64,000 bases of DNA, taken from an uncultured bacterium. Lineage in GTDB: Bacteria; Eisenbacteria; RBG-16-71-46; CAIMUX01. The notes below the pieces were generated by a model. The model was given only the letters and a program-made list of their open reading frames with translations. It was not told the origin of the DNA and did not search any database. The stretch spans positions 277,639 through 341,638 of the forward strand of contig CAYJLF010000001.1 in the NCBI GenBank assembly GCA_964371055.1. Reading direction: 5' to 3'. The translations under genes were made by a program, and so were the position numbers. Of this stretch, positions 10,832 through 20,047 are shown piece after piece; the first letter of the stretch is position 1; each line of letters begins with the position of its first letter.

Positions 10832-12601
10832 ATGGCCGGGGCTGATCGCCGCATCGACCGCCGCAGTCTGCGCCGTCTGCTGCGCCTGCTGCTGGAACAT
10901 CGCCGCGCCCTCGCCATCGGCTTCGCTGGTCTGGTCGCCGTCGACCTGCTCCAGCTCCTCATTCCGAGATTGACGCAGGAGATCGTCGATCGCCTCGCGC
11001 GCGGCATCGCGGCCCCCCGTACCTTGTGGCTCCTGGCCGGGGCGATGGTCCTCGTGTCGATCGGGATGGGCCTCTGCCGGTTTCTCTGGCGCTATTTCCT
11101 CATCGGATCGAGTCACCGGATCGAGCGCGATCTGCGGCAGAAGCTCTACGATCACCTGCAGCGGCTTTCCCCTTCGTACTACGATCGGATGAAGGTCGGG
11201 GACATCATGGCGCACGCCACGAACGATCTGACCGCGGTGCGCATGGCCACCGGCCTGGCGACCTTGGCCGCCATCGACGCGGTGGTCCTCGCCACGGCCA
11301 GCGTCTCGGTCATGCTCACGATGAACGTGCGGCTGACGCTCCTGACCCTGATTCCGCTCCCCTTGCTCACCGTGCTGATGGCGCGCTTCGGCCGGATTGT
11401 GCACGCCCGGTTCACGGCGGTGCAGGAAGCGTTCTCCCGCCTGACCGAGAAGGCGCAGGAGACGATCTCGGGCGTCCGGGTGGTCAAGGCGTACGGCGAC
11501 GAGGCGTCGGAGAACCGCTACTTCTCCGACCGCGCACGCGACTCGGCCCGGGAGAACATCCGGCTCGCTCGCACGTGGGGCCTCTTCGATCCGGTCATCA
11601 GCGCGCTGGCCCGGGCGAGTCTGGCGATCCTGGTCGCGGCCGGCGGAACGATGGTGGTCCGCGGCCAGCTCTCCCTGGGCCAGTTCGTCGCCTTCACCAG
11701 CTATCTCAACATGCTGATCTGGCCGATGATGGCCGCCGGCTGGGTGGTCAACCTCCTGCAGCGCGGCACGGCCAGCCTCGACCGCCTGCAGGTGATCTTC
11801 GAGACGTCGCCCGAGATCATCGACGGCCGGCGCGCCGACCCGCCTCGCCCCCTCCTGTCCGTGCGGGACCTCCACTTCACCTATCCGGGCGCACCCGAGC
11901 CCGTGCTCCGCGGGATCAGCTTCGACTTGCCGGCCGGCGCCACGCTGGGGATCGTGGGACGGACCGGCTCGGGAAAGACGACCCTCGTGGAGCTGCTCCT
12001 CCGGCTCTACGATCCTCCGGTCGGGTCGATCCGGCTCGACGGCACCGATGTGCGCGATTGGAAGCTGGACCGGCTGCGCGCGGCGTTCGGCTACGTGCCG
12101 CAGGAAACGTTCCTCTTCGCCCTCAGCGTGGCCGACAACATCGCGTTCGGCGTCGATGATCTCCCGCGGAGCGAAGTGGTGCGCCTGGCGAGCCTGGTCG
12201 CCATCCACGAGGAGGTGCTGGCCTTCCCCGACGGGTACGACACCCTGGTGGGCGAGCGGGGCGTCACGCTCTCCGGCGGGCAGAAGCAGAGGATCGCCAT
12301 CGCCCGCGCGCTCGCTCGCGATCCCCTTCTTCTGGTGCTCGATGATGCGCTCTCCAGCGTCGATACCGGGACGGAGAGCCGGATCCTGGACGCGCTGCGC
12401 CACGGGCGCGAGCAGCGCACCAACATCCTGATCGCCCACCGGACCAGCACCGTGCGGATGGCCGACCTGATCCTCGTGCTCGAGGGGGGCGCTCTCACCG
12501 AGGCGGGCACTCACGAGGAGTTGCTCGCGCGCGGCGGGTACTATCGCGATCTTCACCGCATGCAGGAACTGGAAGACGAGGCGCGGCGCGTCGAGGTCTG
12601 A
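10832..12601 (+). CDS. ABC exporter, fused permease/ATPase (type I exporter, MsbA-like); half of a probable heterodimer
   Basis: Six-TM domain followed by Walker A GRTGSGKTT, LSGGQKQRIAIARAL, LLVLDDALSSVD and IAHR. Confidence 0.85.
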   Translation: MAGADRRIDRRSLRRLLRLLLEHRRALAIGFAGLVAVDLLQLLIPRLTQEIVDRLARGIAAPRTLWLLAGAMVLVSIGMGLCRFLWRYFLIGSSHRIERDLRQKLYDHLQRLSPSYYDRMKVGDIMAHATNDLTAVRMATGLATLAAIDAVVLATASVSVMLTMNVRLTLLTLIPLPLLTVLMARFGRIVHARFTAVQEAFSRLTEKAQETISGVRVVKAYGDEASENRYFSDRARDSARENIRLARTWGLFDPVISALARASLAILVAAGGTMVVRGQLSLGQFVAFTSYLNMLIWPMMAAGWVVNLLQRGTASLDRLQVIFETSPEIIDGRRADPPRPLLSVRDLHFTYPGAPEPVLRGISFDLPAGATLGIVGRTGSGKTTLVELLLRLYDPPVGSIRLDGTDVRDWKLDRLRAAFGYVPQETFLFALSVADNIAFGVDDLPRSEVVRLASLVAIHEEVLAFPDGYDTLVGERGVTLSGGQKQRIAIARALARDPLLLVLDDALSSVDTGTESRILDALRHGREQRTNILIAHRTSTVRMADLILVLEGGALTEAGTHEELLARGGYYRDLHRMQELEDEARRVEV

Positions 12602-12636
12602 GGGAACGAAGCGGACGGACGGAGAGGCAGGAAGCG

Positions 12637-14796
12637 ATGCGAGGAGGCACAGGCGGGTCGCTCGGAGCCGGCGGGGGCCGGGGCGGCGGCGGTCGGGGCC
12701 CCGGCGGCGGATCCCGCGCCGACGACGACGAGCAACTGGGCCGGGTCTACGACGGGCGGCTCGTACGGCGGCTGCTGCGCTACGTGCGGCCCCACCGGCG
12801 GCTCGTCCTGCTCGCCATGCTGTTCATGTCGATCGCCACGGCCGTCGACCTCATCACGCCCTGGATGATCAAGACGGGGATCGACAGCTACCTCGCCCGG
12901 CTCTACCTCGTCTGGGAGGGGGACCCGGCGTCGATCACGGACGTGGCCTCCGGGGCCGACGCGCTCCTCCTCGCGGAACCGGGGGTTCTGCTGGTGCGGA
13001 CCGCCGGCCGAGGCGCCGTCTCGACCGAAACCCGCCGGCGCCTCGAGGGAGCCGGGACCCTGCATCCCGCGACCTGCTACCTCTTCCCCGCCGCGGACCG
13101 CCGGGACCAGATCGGTTCCGTTCGCGGCGACTACTGGCTGGTCCCGGAAGGGGATCTGGCCCGAGTCCCACCGGCCACCCTCGTGCGGATCCGCGGCGCC
13201 GACATCGACGGGGTTCGACGGCTGGCGCTGGCTCTCGGCGGACTGATCCTGCTCGGGCTCCTGGTCGGCTACGGCCACGTCTATACCCTGTCGGTCGCCG
13301 GTCAGCGCGCGATGTTCGATCTGCGGGTCGACCTGTTCCGCCACCTCGGCACGCTGTCGCTGCGCTACTACGATCGCAATCCCCAGGGGCGGCTCGTGAC
13401 GCGTGTCACGAACGACATCGAGGCGCTGAACGAGATGTTCGCCGCCGTCCTCGTCAACCTCGTCAAGGATATCCTGCTGCTGGCCGGCACCATCGCGCTC
13501 CTCTTCGCCATGAACGTGCGCCTCGCCGCAATCGCGCTGACGGTGATCCCGGTCATCCTCGCCGTTTCCCTCCTCTTCCGCCGCCATGTGCGCGGCGTCT
13601 ACCGCGAGGTGAGGCGCCTGATCGCCGCGCTGAACGCCGGGCTGGCCGAGGACATCGGCGGCGTCAAGGTGGTGCAGGCCTTCGGACGCGAACGCGCACG
13701 CCGCGCCCTCTACCGGGAGACGAACGACGCCTATCTCGGCTCCAACCTGCGGCAGCTCGTCATCTTCGGGATCTTCCGCCCGGCGGTGGAAATCCTGGCG
13801 TCGGTGGGCGTGGCGCTGGTGTTGGTCTACGGCGGTCTCGGAGTCCTGTCGGGGGCCCTCACCCTGGGCGCGCTCGTCGCCTTCATCACCTATGTGCGCG
13901 GCATGTTCCAGCCCGTCGCCGACATGAGCGAGAAGTACAACATCATGCAGAGCGCGATGGCTTCGGCGGAGCGGATCTTTGGAATCCTCGACACCGAGCC
14001 GGAGGTGCGGGACGCCACGGTGGAACCCCCGGCCGAAGCGTCTCCGGAGACCGCCGTGCGCCCGGTGCGCGGACGGGTCGAGTTCCGGGGCGTCTCCTTC
14101 GCCTACACGCCGGAGACCCCGGTGCTGCGGGAGGTCAGTTTCGTGGTGGAGCCCGGTCGCAGCGCCGCCCTCGTCGGCCCGACGGGCGCCGGCAAGACCT
14201 CGATCCTCTCGCTGCTCTGCCGGTTCTACGATGTGAACGACGGCGCCGTCCTGATCGACGGAGTCGACGTCCGGCAATGGCCGGCCCGGGATCTCCGGCG
14301 GAACATCGCCATCGTGCTGCAGGACGCCTTCGTCTTCAGCCGGTCGATCCGCGAGAACATCACCTTGGGAACTCCGATGGCCGAGGCCGAGGTCCGGCGG
14401 GCCGCCGAGATGGTGCAGGCGCTCGACTTCATCGAGCGGCTGCCGGACGGTCTCGACACGGTGATGGCCGAACGGGGCGCCACGCTCTCGACCGGGCAGC
14501 GGCAGCTCATCTGCTTCGCCCGCGCCCTGGCCCATGATCCCCGCATCCTGATCCTGGACGAGGCGACCAGCAGCGTCGATCCCGAGACCGAGCGGAAGAT
14601 CCAGCAGGCGACGGTCACCCTGATGCACGGGCGGACCAGCATCGTGGTCGCGCACCGCCTGAGCACGATCCAGCGCGCCGACGAGATTCTCGTCTTCGAC
14701 GGCGGCCGGATCCTGGAGCGGGGATCCCATCGCGAGCTGCTCGACCGGCGCGGGATCTACCACAACCTGCACCTCTTGCAGTATCGTACCGGCTGA
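12637..14796 (+). CDS. ABC exporter, fused permease/ATPase; partner half-transporter. Unusual ~120-aa extracytoplasmic insert between TM1 and TM2 and a Gly/Arg-rich N-terminal tail
   Basis: Walker A GPTGAGKTS, LSTGQRQLICFARAL, ILILDEATSSVD and VAHR. Lies 36 nt after the previous gene. Confidence 0.85.
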   Translation: MRGGTGGSLGAGGGRGGGGRGPGGGSRADDDEQLGRVYDGRLVRRLLRYVRPHRRLVLLAMLFMSIATAVDLITPWMIKTGIDSYLARLYLVWEGDPASITDVASGADALLLAEPGVLLVRTAGRGAVSTETRRRLEGAGTLHPATCYLFPAADRRDQIGSVRGDYWLVPEGDLARVPPATLVRIRGADIDGVRRLALALGGLILLGLLVGYGHVYTLSVAGQRAMFDLRVDLFRHLGTLSLRYYDRNPQGRLVTRVTNDIEALNEMFAAVLVNLVKDILLLAGTIALLFAMNVRLAAIALTVIPVILAVSLLFRRHVRGVYREVRRLIAALNAGLAEDIGGVKVVQAFGRERARRALYRETNDAYLGSNLRQLVIFGIFRPAVEILASVGVALVLVYGGLGVLSGALTLGALVAFITYVRGMFQPVADMSEKYNIMQSAMASAERIFGILDTEPEVRDATVEPPAEASPETAVRPVRGRVEFRGVSFAYTPETPVLREVSFVVEPGRSAALVGPTGAGKTSILSLLCRFYDVNDGAVLIDGVDVRQWPARDLRRNIAIVLQDAFVFSRSIRENITLGTPMAEAEVRRAAEMVQALDFIERLPDGLDTVMAERGATLSTGQRQLICFARALAHDPRILILDEATSSVDPETERKIQQATVTLMHGRTSIVVAHRLSTIQRADEILVFDGGRILERGSHRELLDRRGIYHNLHLLQYRTG

Positions 14797-14850
14797 CCGG
14801 CTGACCGGCTGATCGGCGACCAGAGCCGGACCGGCGGGAGGAGACGATCG

Positions 14851-16626
14851 ATGAGCGTTCGCATCCAGGGAACCGTGGGAAGCGAGACGATCATCCGGGA
14901 GCTCGCCCCGGGCGTCCTGAAGGCAGGCCGGGGAACCGGCAACGACCTGGTCCTCGCCGATCCTTCGGTGTCGCGCGAGCATGCGGAGATCATCCTGGAC
15001 CAGAGCGGGGGCCGTGCTGCCATTCAGGTCCGCGATCTCGGCAGCCGGAACGGCACCTTCATCAACGGCACGCAGGTGCGTGATTCCGCCGTCGCGCGGA
15101 TCGGAGATCGTCTGCGCCTCGGGCAGGTGGAGCTGACGCTCAGCGACCCGTCGGTTGCGGACGCGCCTGCGCCGGGAGATGAAGGACGCCGTCCCCTGAC
15201 TTCCGCATCGTGGAGCGGCGCGCTGCCGCCCCACTCCGGGGCGGAGCACCCGAGCGAAGTCCGGTCGGCTCGCCTGAGTGGGGACGGTCAGGTTCATGCC
15301 TCCCGTTCCGTGCGCTGGGAGGAGATCGAGTCTTTGGGCGGGCGCCGCGACCTGGCGCGCACACTCCTCGACGCCCTGGCCGAGACCGGCAACCTCCTCG
15401 TGCGGCCACGCCCCGAGGCCGAGCTGCACGATGCGCTGCTGGCCCTGGTCGGACGTGTCGTTCCGGCTCGACGGGTGGTCCTGCTTCTCACCCCGCCGGG
15501 CAAGACGGAGGGGGAGGTCCTGCCGGAAGTGCGCGCGGTCCGGGCCGCACGTGAGGATGCCCGGGAGCTCCTCGTCAGCCAGACCCTGTTGCGCACCGTC
15601 CTGCAGGATAGAACCACCCTCCTCGTCAACGACGCGCGGTCCGACGCCCGGTTTCGCGAGCAGGCGAGCATCGTCGCCTCGGACCTGATGAGCGCGCTCG
15701 TCGCTCCCCTCTTCGACAACGAGCGCGTGATCGGCGTGCTCTATGCCGACAGCGACGATCCGCGCCTCGCGTTCGATCCGGAGTGGATCCGCGCCTTCAC
15801 CCTTCTGGCCAATGTCATCGCAGTGAAGCTGACCAACGCCCGGCTGCTCGAAAACGAACGGGAGCAGCAGCGGATGGCGCAGGAGCTGGCGACAGCCGCG
15901 CGCATCCAGAGAGAGATGCTGCCGCGCACCCTCCCCGGCATCCCGGGTTACGCGCTCGCTGCCCGTCTCACCCCCTGCTTCGAGGCCGGGGGCGATCTCT
16001 ACGACGCGCAGCCGCTGGCCGGCGGGCGGTGCGCCCTCTCGGTCGGCGATGTCACCGGGAAGGGGATGGGGGCCGCGTTGCTCATGTCGCACACGCTGGC
16101 GTCGATGCGGATCCTGCTCGAGGGGGAACCCCCGCTCGGAGACGCGGTGACGCGACTCTATCGCCAGACCTGCCAGATCGCCCCGATCGGCAATTTCGTC
16201 ACGCTTTTCTTAGCCCGACTCGACCCGCGCACGCACGTCCTGGAGTACGCCAACTGCGGCCACAATCCCCCCCTCGTCTTCGGGGCGGACGGCGCCTGCC
16301 GAGAGCTGGAGCCGACCGCGCTCGCCCTGGGGATGTTCCCGCTCGAGATGCTCCCTCCCGACTCGCTGCGCTGCGCCACGACCGAACTCGCCCCGGGCGA
16401 GTTGCTCTGCATCTTCTCCGATGGCATCCCGGAGGCGCTGCGCGGCGAGGAGTTCTTCGGCGACGAGAGGCTGGTAGAGTCTGTGCGGCGGCGCCTGGAG
16501 CAGCCGGTAGACCAGATTCTCGACGGTGTGCTGGAGGATCTCGGAGGCTTCCTCGGCGACGCCCCGCCCTCCGACGATGTCACGTTGCTTCTGGTGAGGC
16601 GATCGAGTCAGTCTTCCAGGTCGTAG
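14851..16626 (+). CDS. FHA-domain / GAF-domain / PP2C-type (SpoIIE-like) serine/threonine phosphatase
   Basis: N-terminal FHA (GRGTGNDLVLADPSVSREHAEII...GSRNGTFINGTQV). Central GAF-like region. C-terminal PPM/SpoIIE motifs (EAGGDLYD, VGDVTGKGMGAALLMS, FSDGIPEA). Confidence 0.8.
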   Translation: MSVRIQGTVGSETIIRELAPGVLKAGRGTGNDLVLADPSVSREHAEIILDQSGGRAAIQVRDLGSRNGTFINGTQVRDSAVARIGDRLRLGQVELTLSDPSVADAPAPGDEGRRPLTSASWSGALPPHSGAEHPSEVRSARLSGDGQVHASRSVRWEEIESLGGRRDLARTLLDALAETGNLLVRPRPEAELHDALLALVGRVVPARRVVLLLTPPGKTEGEVLPEVRAVRAAREDARELLVSQTLLRTVLQDRTTLLVNDARSDARFREQASIVASDLMSALVAPLFDNERVIGVLYADSDDPRLAFDPEWIRAFTLLANVIAVKLTNARLLENEREQQRMAQELATAARIQREMLPRTLPGIPGYALAARLTPCFEAGGDLYDAQPLAGGRCALSVGDVTGKGMGAALLMSHTLASMRILLEGEPPLGDAVTRLYRQTCQIAPIGNFVTLFLARLDPRTHVLEYANCGHNPPLVFGADGACRELEPTALALGMFPLEMLPPDSLRCATTELAPGELLCIFSDGIPEALRGEEFFGDERLVESVRRRLEQPVDQILDGVLEDLGGFLGDAPPSDDVTLLLVRRSSQSSRS

Positions 16627-18557
16627 ACCTCGGCCCACTCCACCAGGTTCAGCCAGCGCCAGACCCGTGAATCGAATCCCGATGGCCGCCCTTGGGTCTC
16701 CTCCCACATCCGGCGCAGCGGCTCTGGTCGCAGCATTCCCAGCGAGCGCAGGCGCGGAGAAGTCAGCACTTCCTCCACCCAGGGAGTGAGCTGCACGAGC
16801 CAGTCGGTCTGTGGGGTGACGAACCCGATCTTGTCCCGCCGGTCGAGGATCCCGTCGGGCACGATTCCGCGCATGGCGCGGCGCAGCAGGCGCTTCGTCT
16901 CGCCGTCAGGACCGATGTGATACTCCTCGGGGAGGGCCAAAGCGAACCCCGCAATTTCAGGGGTAAGAAAGGGGACGCGCCCCTCGACCCCGTGAGCCAT
17001 CGAGTTCCGATCCTCGTACCGCAGGAGAGCCGGCAGCATCGTGCGCGTCAGGGACGAGACCTGCTGCTCCCGGAGCGAGCCGGGGGCGAGCCCGAAGTCG
17101 CCGGCGCCCGGCTCGACGCCGCGCTCCAGAAACCAGCGCGGCTCGATCCACCCGGGCATCGCCTCCCGCCCGGTGAGGCGCCGGGCGGCCCCTTCCCACG
17201 GTCCGGCCGCATAGGAGGCCAGGGCGCGCCGCCCGAGCACGCCGCCGTCGATGCCGGGTCTCCTTCGAGCCTGGCGCCAGAGCCGCAGAGCGTCCACCCA
17301 CCGCCCCGCCCGTAGCAGCGAGGCCAGGCGCGCCGCCACGTGCGCCGGATAGCCACCGAGAATCTCGTCGGCTCCCTGGCCGTCCAGCACCACCTTGATG
17401 CCGGCCTCGCGGACGGAGGAGAAGACCTGATGCTGCGCGAAAACACTGGTGCTCTGGAACGGCTGATCCTGCGTCCGGATCAGATCCCGCAGGGAGCGGT
17501 GCAGGTCCGTCGCGCGGGGACGGCTGCGGTGCGCCATGACCCGTCCGGCTCCCTCGATCATTTCGATCCACGGTGCCTCGCTGAGGAGCGGATCATCCGG
17601 CACGAAGCTGAACGAGTGGATTCTCCCGGCTGCTCCCAGGTGACGGCGCATCAGCATCACGATCGTCGACGAGTCGATTCCCCCCGACAGCGTGGCTCCG
17701 ACCGGCACATCACTGCGCAGATGCAGCGCGACGCTCCGCTCCAGCAGATCCCGCAGTTGTTCCGCCGCCGCCTCGAACGAGAGCCCCTCGACCCTCGGCT
17801 GCGCCGCGTCGGCGGCGCGGTCGGGATCCCAGTAGGTGACGGGCCTCGCCTCCTCCGGTCTCTCCACGTCGAGGTCGAGGCTGCCGCCGGCCGGAACCTG
17901 CCGGATCCCGGCGAAGCAGGTCGTCTCACCGGCGTCGGTCAGCCCGAGCCGCAGGTAGGTCCAGATCGCGCGGGGATGCAACCGCCTCGAGATCCAGGGT
18001 AGCTCCAGCAGAGCCTTGATCTCGGAGGCAAAGGCGACGCGCCCGTCATCCACCGCGTAATAGAGCGGTTTGATGCCGAAAGGATCGCGGGCCAGCAGCA
18101 GGTGGCCGCGCGCGCGGTCCCAGTACGAGAAGGCGAACATCCCGACCAGGCGATCGAGGACAGGCGATCCCTGGCGCCTGAGCGCCTGCAGCAGGACCTC
18201 GGTGTCGGACGTCGACGTGAAGGAGACGCCCTGGGCGGACAATTCCTGCCGCAACTCGAGGTAGTTGTAGATCTCCCCGTTCAACGCCAGGTAGGGGCCG
18301 AGGTGGCCCGCCGACATCGGCTGCCGCCCGGCCGCGGTCAGATCGAGGATCGTAAGACGCCGGTGGAAGATCAGACAGCGCGCCGGCGGGAGACGGTCCC
18401 AGCCGCCGCCCTCGCCCCGGATCACCGCATCTCCGTGATCCCAGATCCACCCCGCATCGTCCGGGCCGCGGTGCGCGATGGCCCCCTCGAAGCGCCGCAG
18501 CACCTCGATCGGGAGGGCCCGGCGCCGCGCATCGATGATCCCCGCGATCCCGCACAT
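16608..18557 (-). CDS. asnB: Asparagine synthase (glutamine-hydrolysing), of the polysaccharide/EPS-cluster-associated type
   Basis: N-terminal MCGIAG class-II amidotransferase Cys, then the SGGIDSS PP-loop. Start trimmed to the ATG at 18557; the track ORF has a 41-aa spurious extension. Confidence 0.85.
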   Translation of the reverse strand: MCGIAGIIDARRRALPIEVLRRFEGAIAHRGPDDAGWIWDHGDAVIRGEGGGWDRLPPARCLIFHRRLTILDLTAAGRQPMSAGHLGPYLALNGEIYNYLELRQELSAQGVSFTSTSDTEVLLQALRRQGSPVLDRLVGMFAFSYWDRARGHLLLARDPFGIKPLYYAVDDGRVAFASEIKALLELPWISRRLHPRAIWTYLRLGLTDAGETTCFAGIRQVPAGGSLDLDVERPEEARPVTYWDPDRAADAAQPRVEGLSFEAAAEQLRDLLERSVALHLRSDVPVGATLSGGIDSSTIVMLMRRHLGAAGRIHSFSFVPDDPLLSEAPWIEMIEGAGRVMAHRSRPRATDLHRSLRDLIRTQDQPFQSTSVFAQHQVFSSVREAGIKVVLDGQGADEILGGYPAHVAARLASLLRAGRWVDALRLWRQARRRPGIDGGVLGRRALASYAAGPWEGAARRLTGREAMPGWIEPRWFLERGVEPGAGDFGLAPGSLREQQVSSLTRTMLPALLRYEDRNSMAHGVEGRVPFLTPEIAGFALALPEEYHIGPDGETKRLLRRAMRGIVPDGILDRRDKIGFVTPQTDWLVQLTPWVEEVLTSPRLRSLGMLRPEPLRRMWEETQGRPSGFDSRVWRWLNLVEWAEVYDLED

Positions 18558-19903
18558 CAGAGAACGCTCCCGCCGTCGTCCGGCGCGGAGCCCGGCGGAG
18601 ACACCCGGCCGGAGGAATCGCCGCTCCTGACCCACTGGTGGACGATGCGCCAGAGCAGGACGAAGTAGACGAGGTAGCACCCGGTCAGGGCCCAGGCCAG
18701 CGTCCGCACCGCCTGCGTCAGTGACCAGTCAGAGCGATGCGCCAGGGTGAGCACGCCCACCACCGACCCGAAGGCCGCCACATCGTAGATCAGCTTCCGT
18801 CCCTGGCCGCCCAGCACGAAGACGAGTCGGCTGAGGGGCGAGGTGATCAACTGCATGAACATCCATGGCACCAGAAGGCCGGCCAGGCTCCCGGCCACCC
18901 GCCAGCGCGAGCCGAAGACCAGCGCGAAGAGTGGTTCCGCGAAGAGGAGCAACGCCACCATGGGAAGGAGGCCGGTCGCGGCCAGCACCGCGGCGGTTCT
19001 CCAGAAGAGCCGGGTGGCCGCGGCCCTCCTCTCCCGCACCGCCGACGCCAGTCGGGCATGGAAGGCGTCGGCCACGTTGGCGCCGACCAGGGCCATCGGA
19101 AGGGCCACCACGCGCTGCACAAGCGCGAACGAGCCCGCGGCTTCAGCGCCGTAGATGCCGGCGAGAATCGGGATCGGAAGCTGCGCTGCGAGCACATCGA
19201 CGATCGAGGAAGGAAGACTGAAGAGGGCGAACGAACGGTACCGTCGTCCGACCTCGATCATCCCCCGGGTTCCCGAACGCGCCCACTGCGCCCGCAGATC
19301 GGGAGCCGCCCATCGGGCGAAGAGCGCCACCGCGGTGGCTCGACCGATGATCTCGCCCACGTAGAGGCCGACCCACCCGGCGCGCGCCGCGCCGGCGGCG
19401 AGCTGGGCCGCGATCCGCGCGGCGGCCTGCGTCACCCAGGTCTTCGAGACCACGCCGTAGCGATGCTCGCGCAGCAGCCAGTAACGAAGCACCGACCATG
19501 CGGCGTTGAGAACGAGCAGCGGGAGGAGCAGCCACGGCGCCCACGCCGGCAGTCCCGGGATCCAGCCGGGGCGCCAGGCGTGCAGCAGGGCGACCGCCGC
19601 GGTCGCCGCGGTGGAGAGGACGAGCGCCAACCGCAGGCAGAGCGCGACCAGAAGGGCCGCCTCCCGGGCATCCGCGGCGGCCGGTATCGCGACCTCGTAG
19701 CGCAGGCAGACGACCACCAGAGTCATGCCGAAGACCGCGATCAGGACACCGTAGACTCCCCACTCCGCGGGGCCGAAGAGGCGCGTCAGGATGGGAGAGA
19801 ACGCCAGCGTGAGCGCCTGGCCGAGGACGGTGCCTCCGGTGAGCACCGCGATCGCTCGGGGATAGGAGCCGCCGCGCGTCCAGGTCTTCAGAGCTGCCCA
19901 CAT
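18557..19903 (-). CDS. Polysaccharide biosynthesis protein / oligosaccharide flippase (Wzx-like, MOP superfamily), 12+ TM
   Basis: Polytopic membrane protein with Wzx-like topology. Its stop overlaps the asnB start codon by 1 nt (ATGA), which suggests translational coupling. Start chosen at MWAALKTW; start uncertain. Confidence 0.65.
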   Translation of the reverse strand: MWAALKTWTRGGSYPRAIAVLTGGTVLGQALTLAFSPILTRLFGPAEWGVYGVLIAVFGMTLVVVCLRYEVAIPAAADAREAALLVALCLRLALVLSTAATAAVALLHAWRPGWIPGLPAWAPWLLLPLLVLNAAWSVLRYWLLREHRYGVVSKTWVTQAAARIAAQLAAGAARAGWVGLYVGEIIGRATAVALFARWAAPDLRAQWARSGTRGMIEVGRRYRSFALFSLPSSIVDVLAAQLPIPILAGIYGAEAAGSFALVQRVVALPMALVGANVADAFHARLASAVRERRAAATRLFWRTAAVLAATGLLPMVALLLFAEPLFALVFGSRWRVAGSLAGLLVPWMFMQLITSPLSRLVFVLGGQGRKLIYDVAAFGSVVGVLTLAHRSDWSLTQAVRTLAWALTGCYLVYFVLLWRIVHQWVRSGDSSGRVSPPGSAPDDGGSVL

Positions 19904-20047
19904 GGAAGTCCCCGGGAGTCTCCTCTTCTTCGATGAATGGATCGTTCCGCGGGAGTGTACCCGCCGGCCCGGCGCGCGCAAAGGACGGGCGCTTGCCTCC
20001 CCCCCGCCGGCCTGCTATAGCTCCGCGATCAACCATGGAGGAATCCC

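Noticed and set aside
12637-12760. Gly/Arg-rich N-terminal 40 aa of the second ABC exporter, considered as mis-called start
   Set aside because: Kept as called because a GGCAGGAAG purine-rich stretch precedes the ATG at 12637. Also, no in-frame ATG/GTG with a better Shine-Dalgarno sequence lies before TM1. The low-complexity tail is flagged as uncertain.
12553-16092. 1179-aa minus-strand ORF antisense to the ABC exporter and FHA-PP2C genes. Similar long antisense ORFs occur at 10436..12556 (706 aa), 4015..5655 (546 aa), 39735..41831 (698 aa), 2855..4015 and 52116..55712.
   Set aside because: Their composition is dominated by Arg/Gly/Asp/Pro/His with no domain signatures, and they sit opposite genes with strong family signatures. 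These are typical stop-codon-poor antisense frames in 70% GC DNA.
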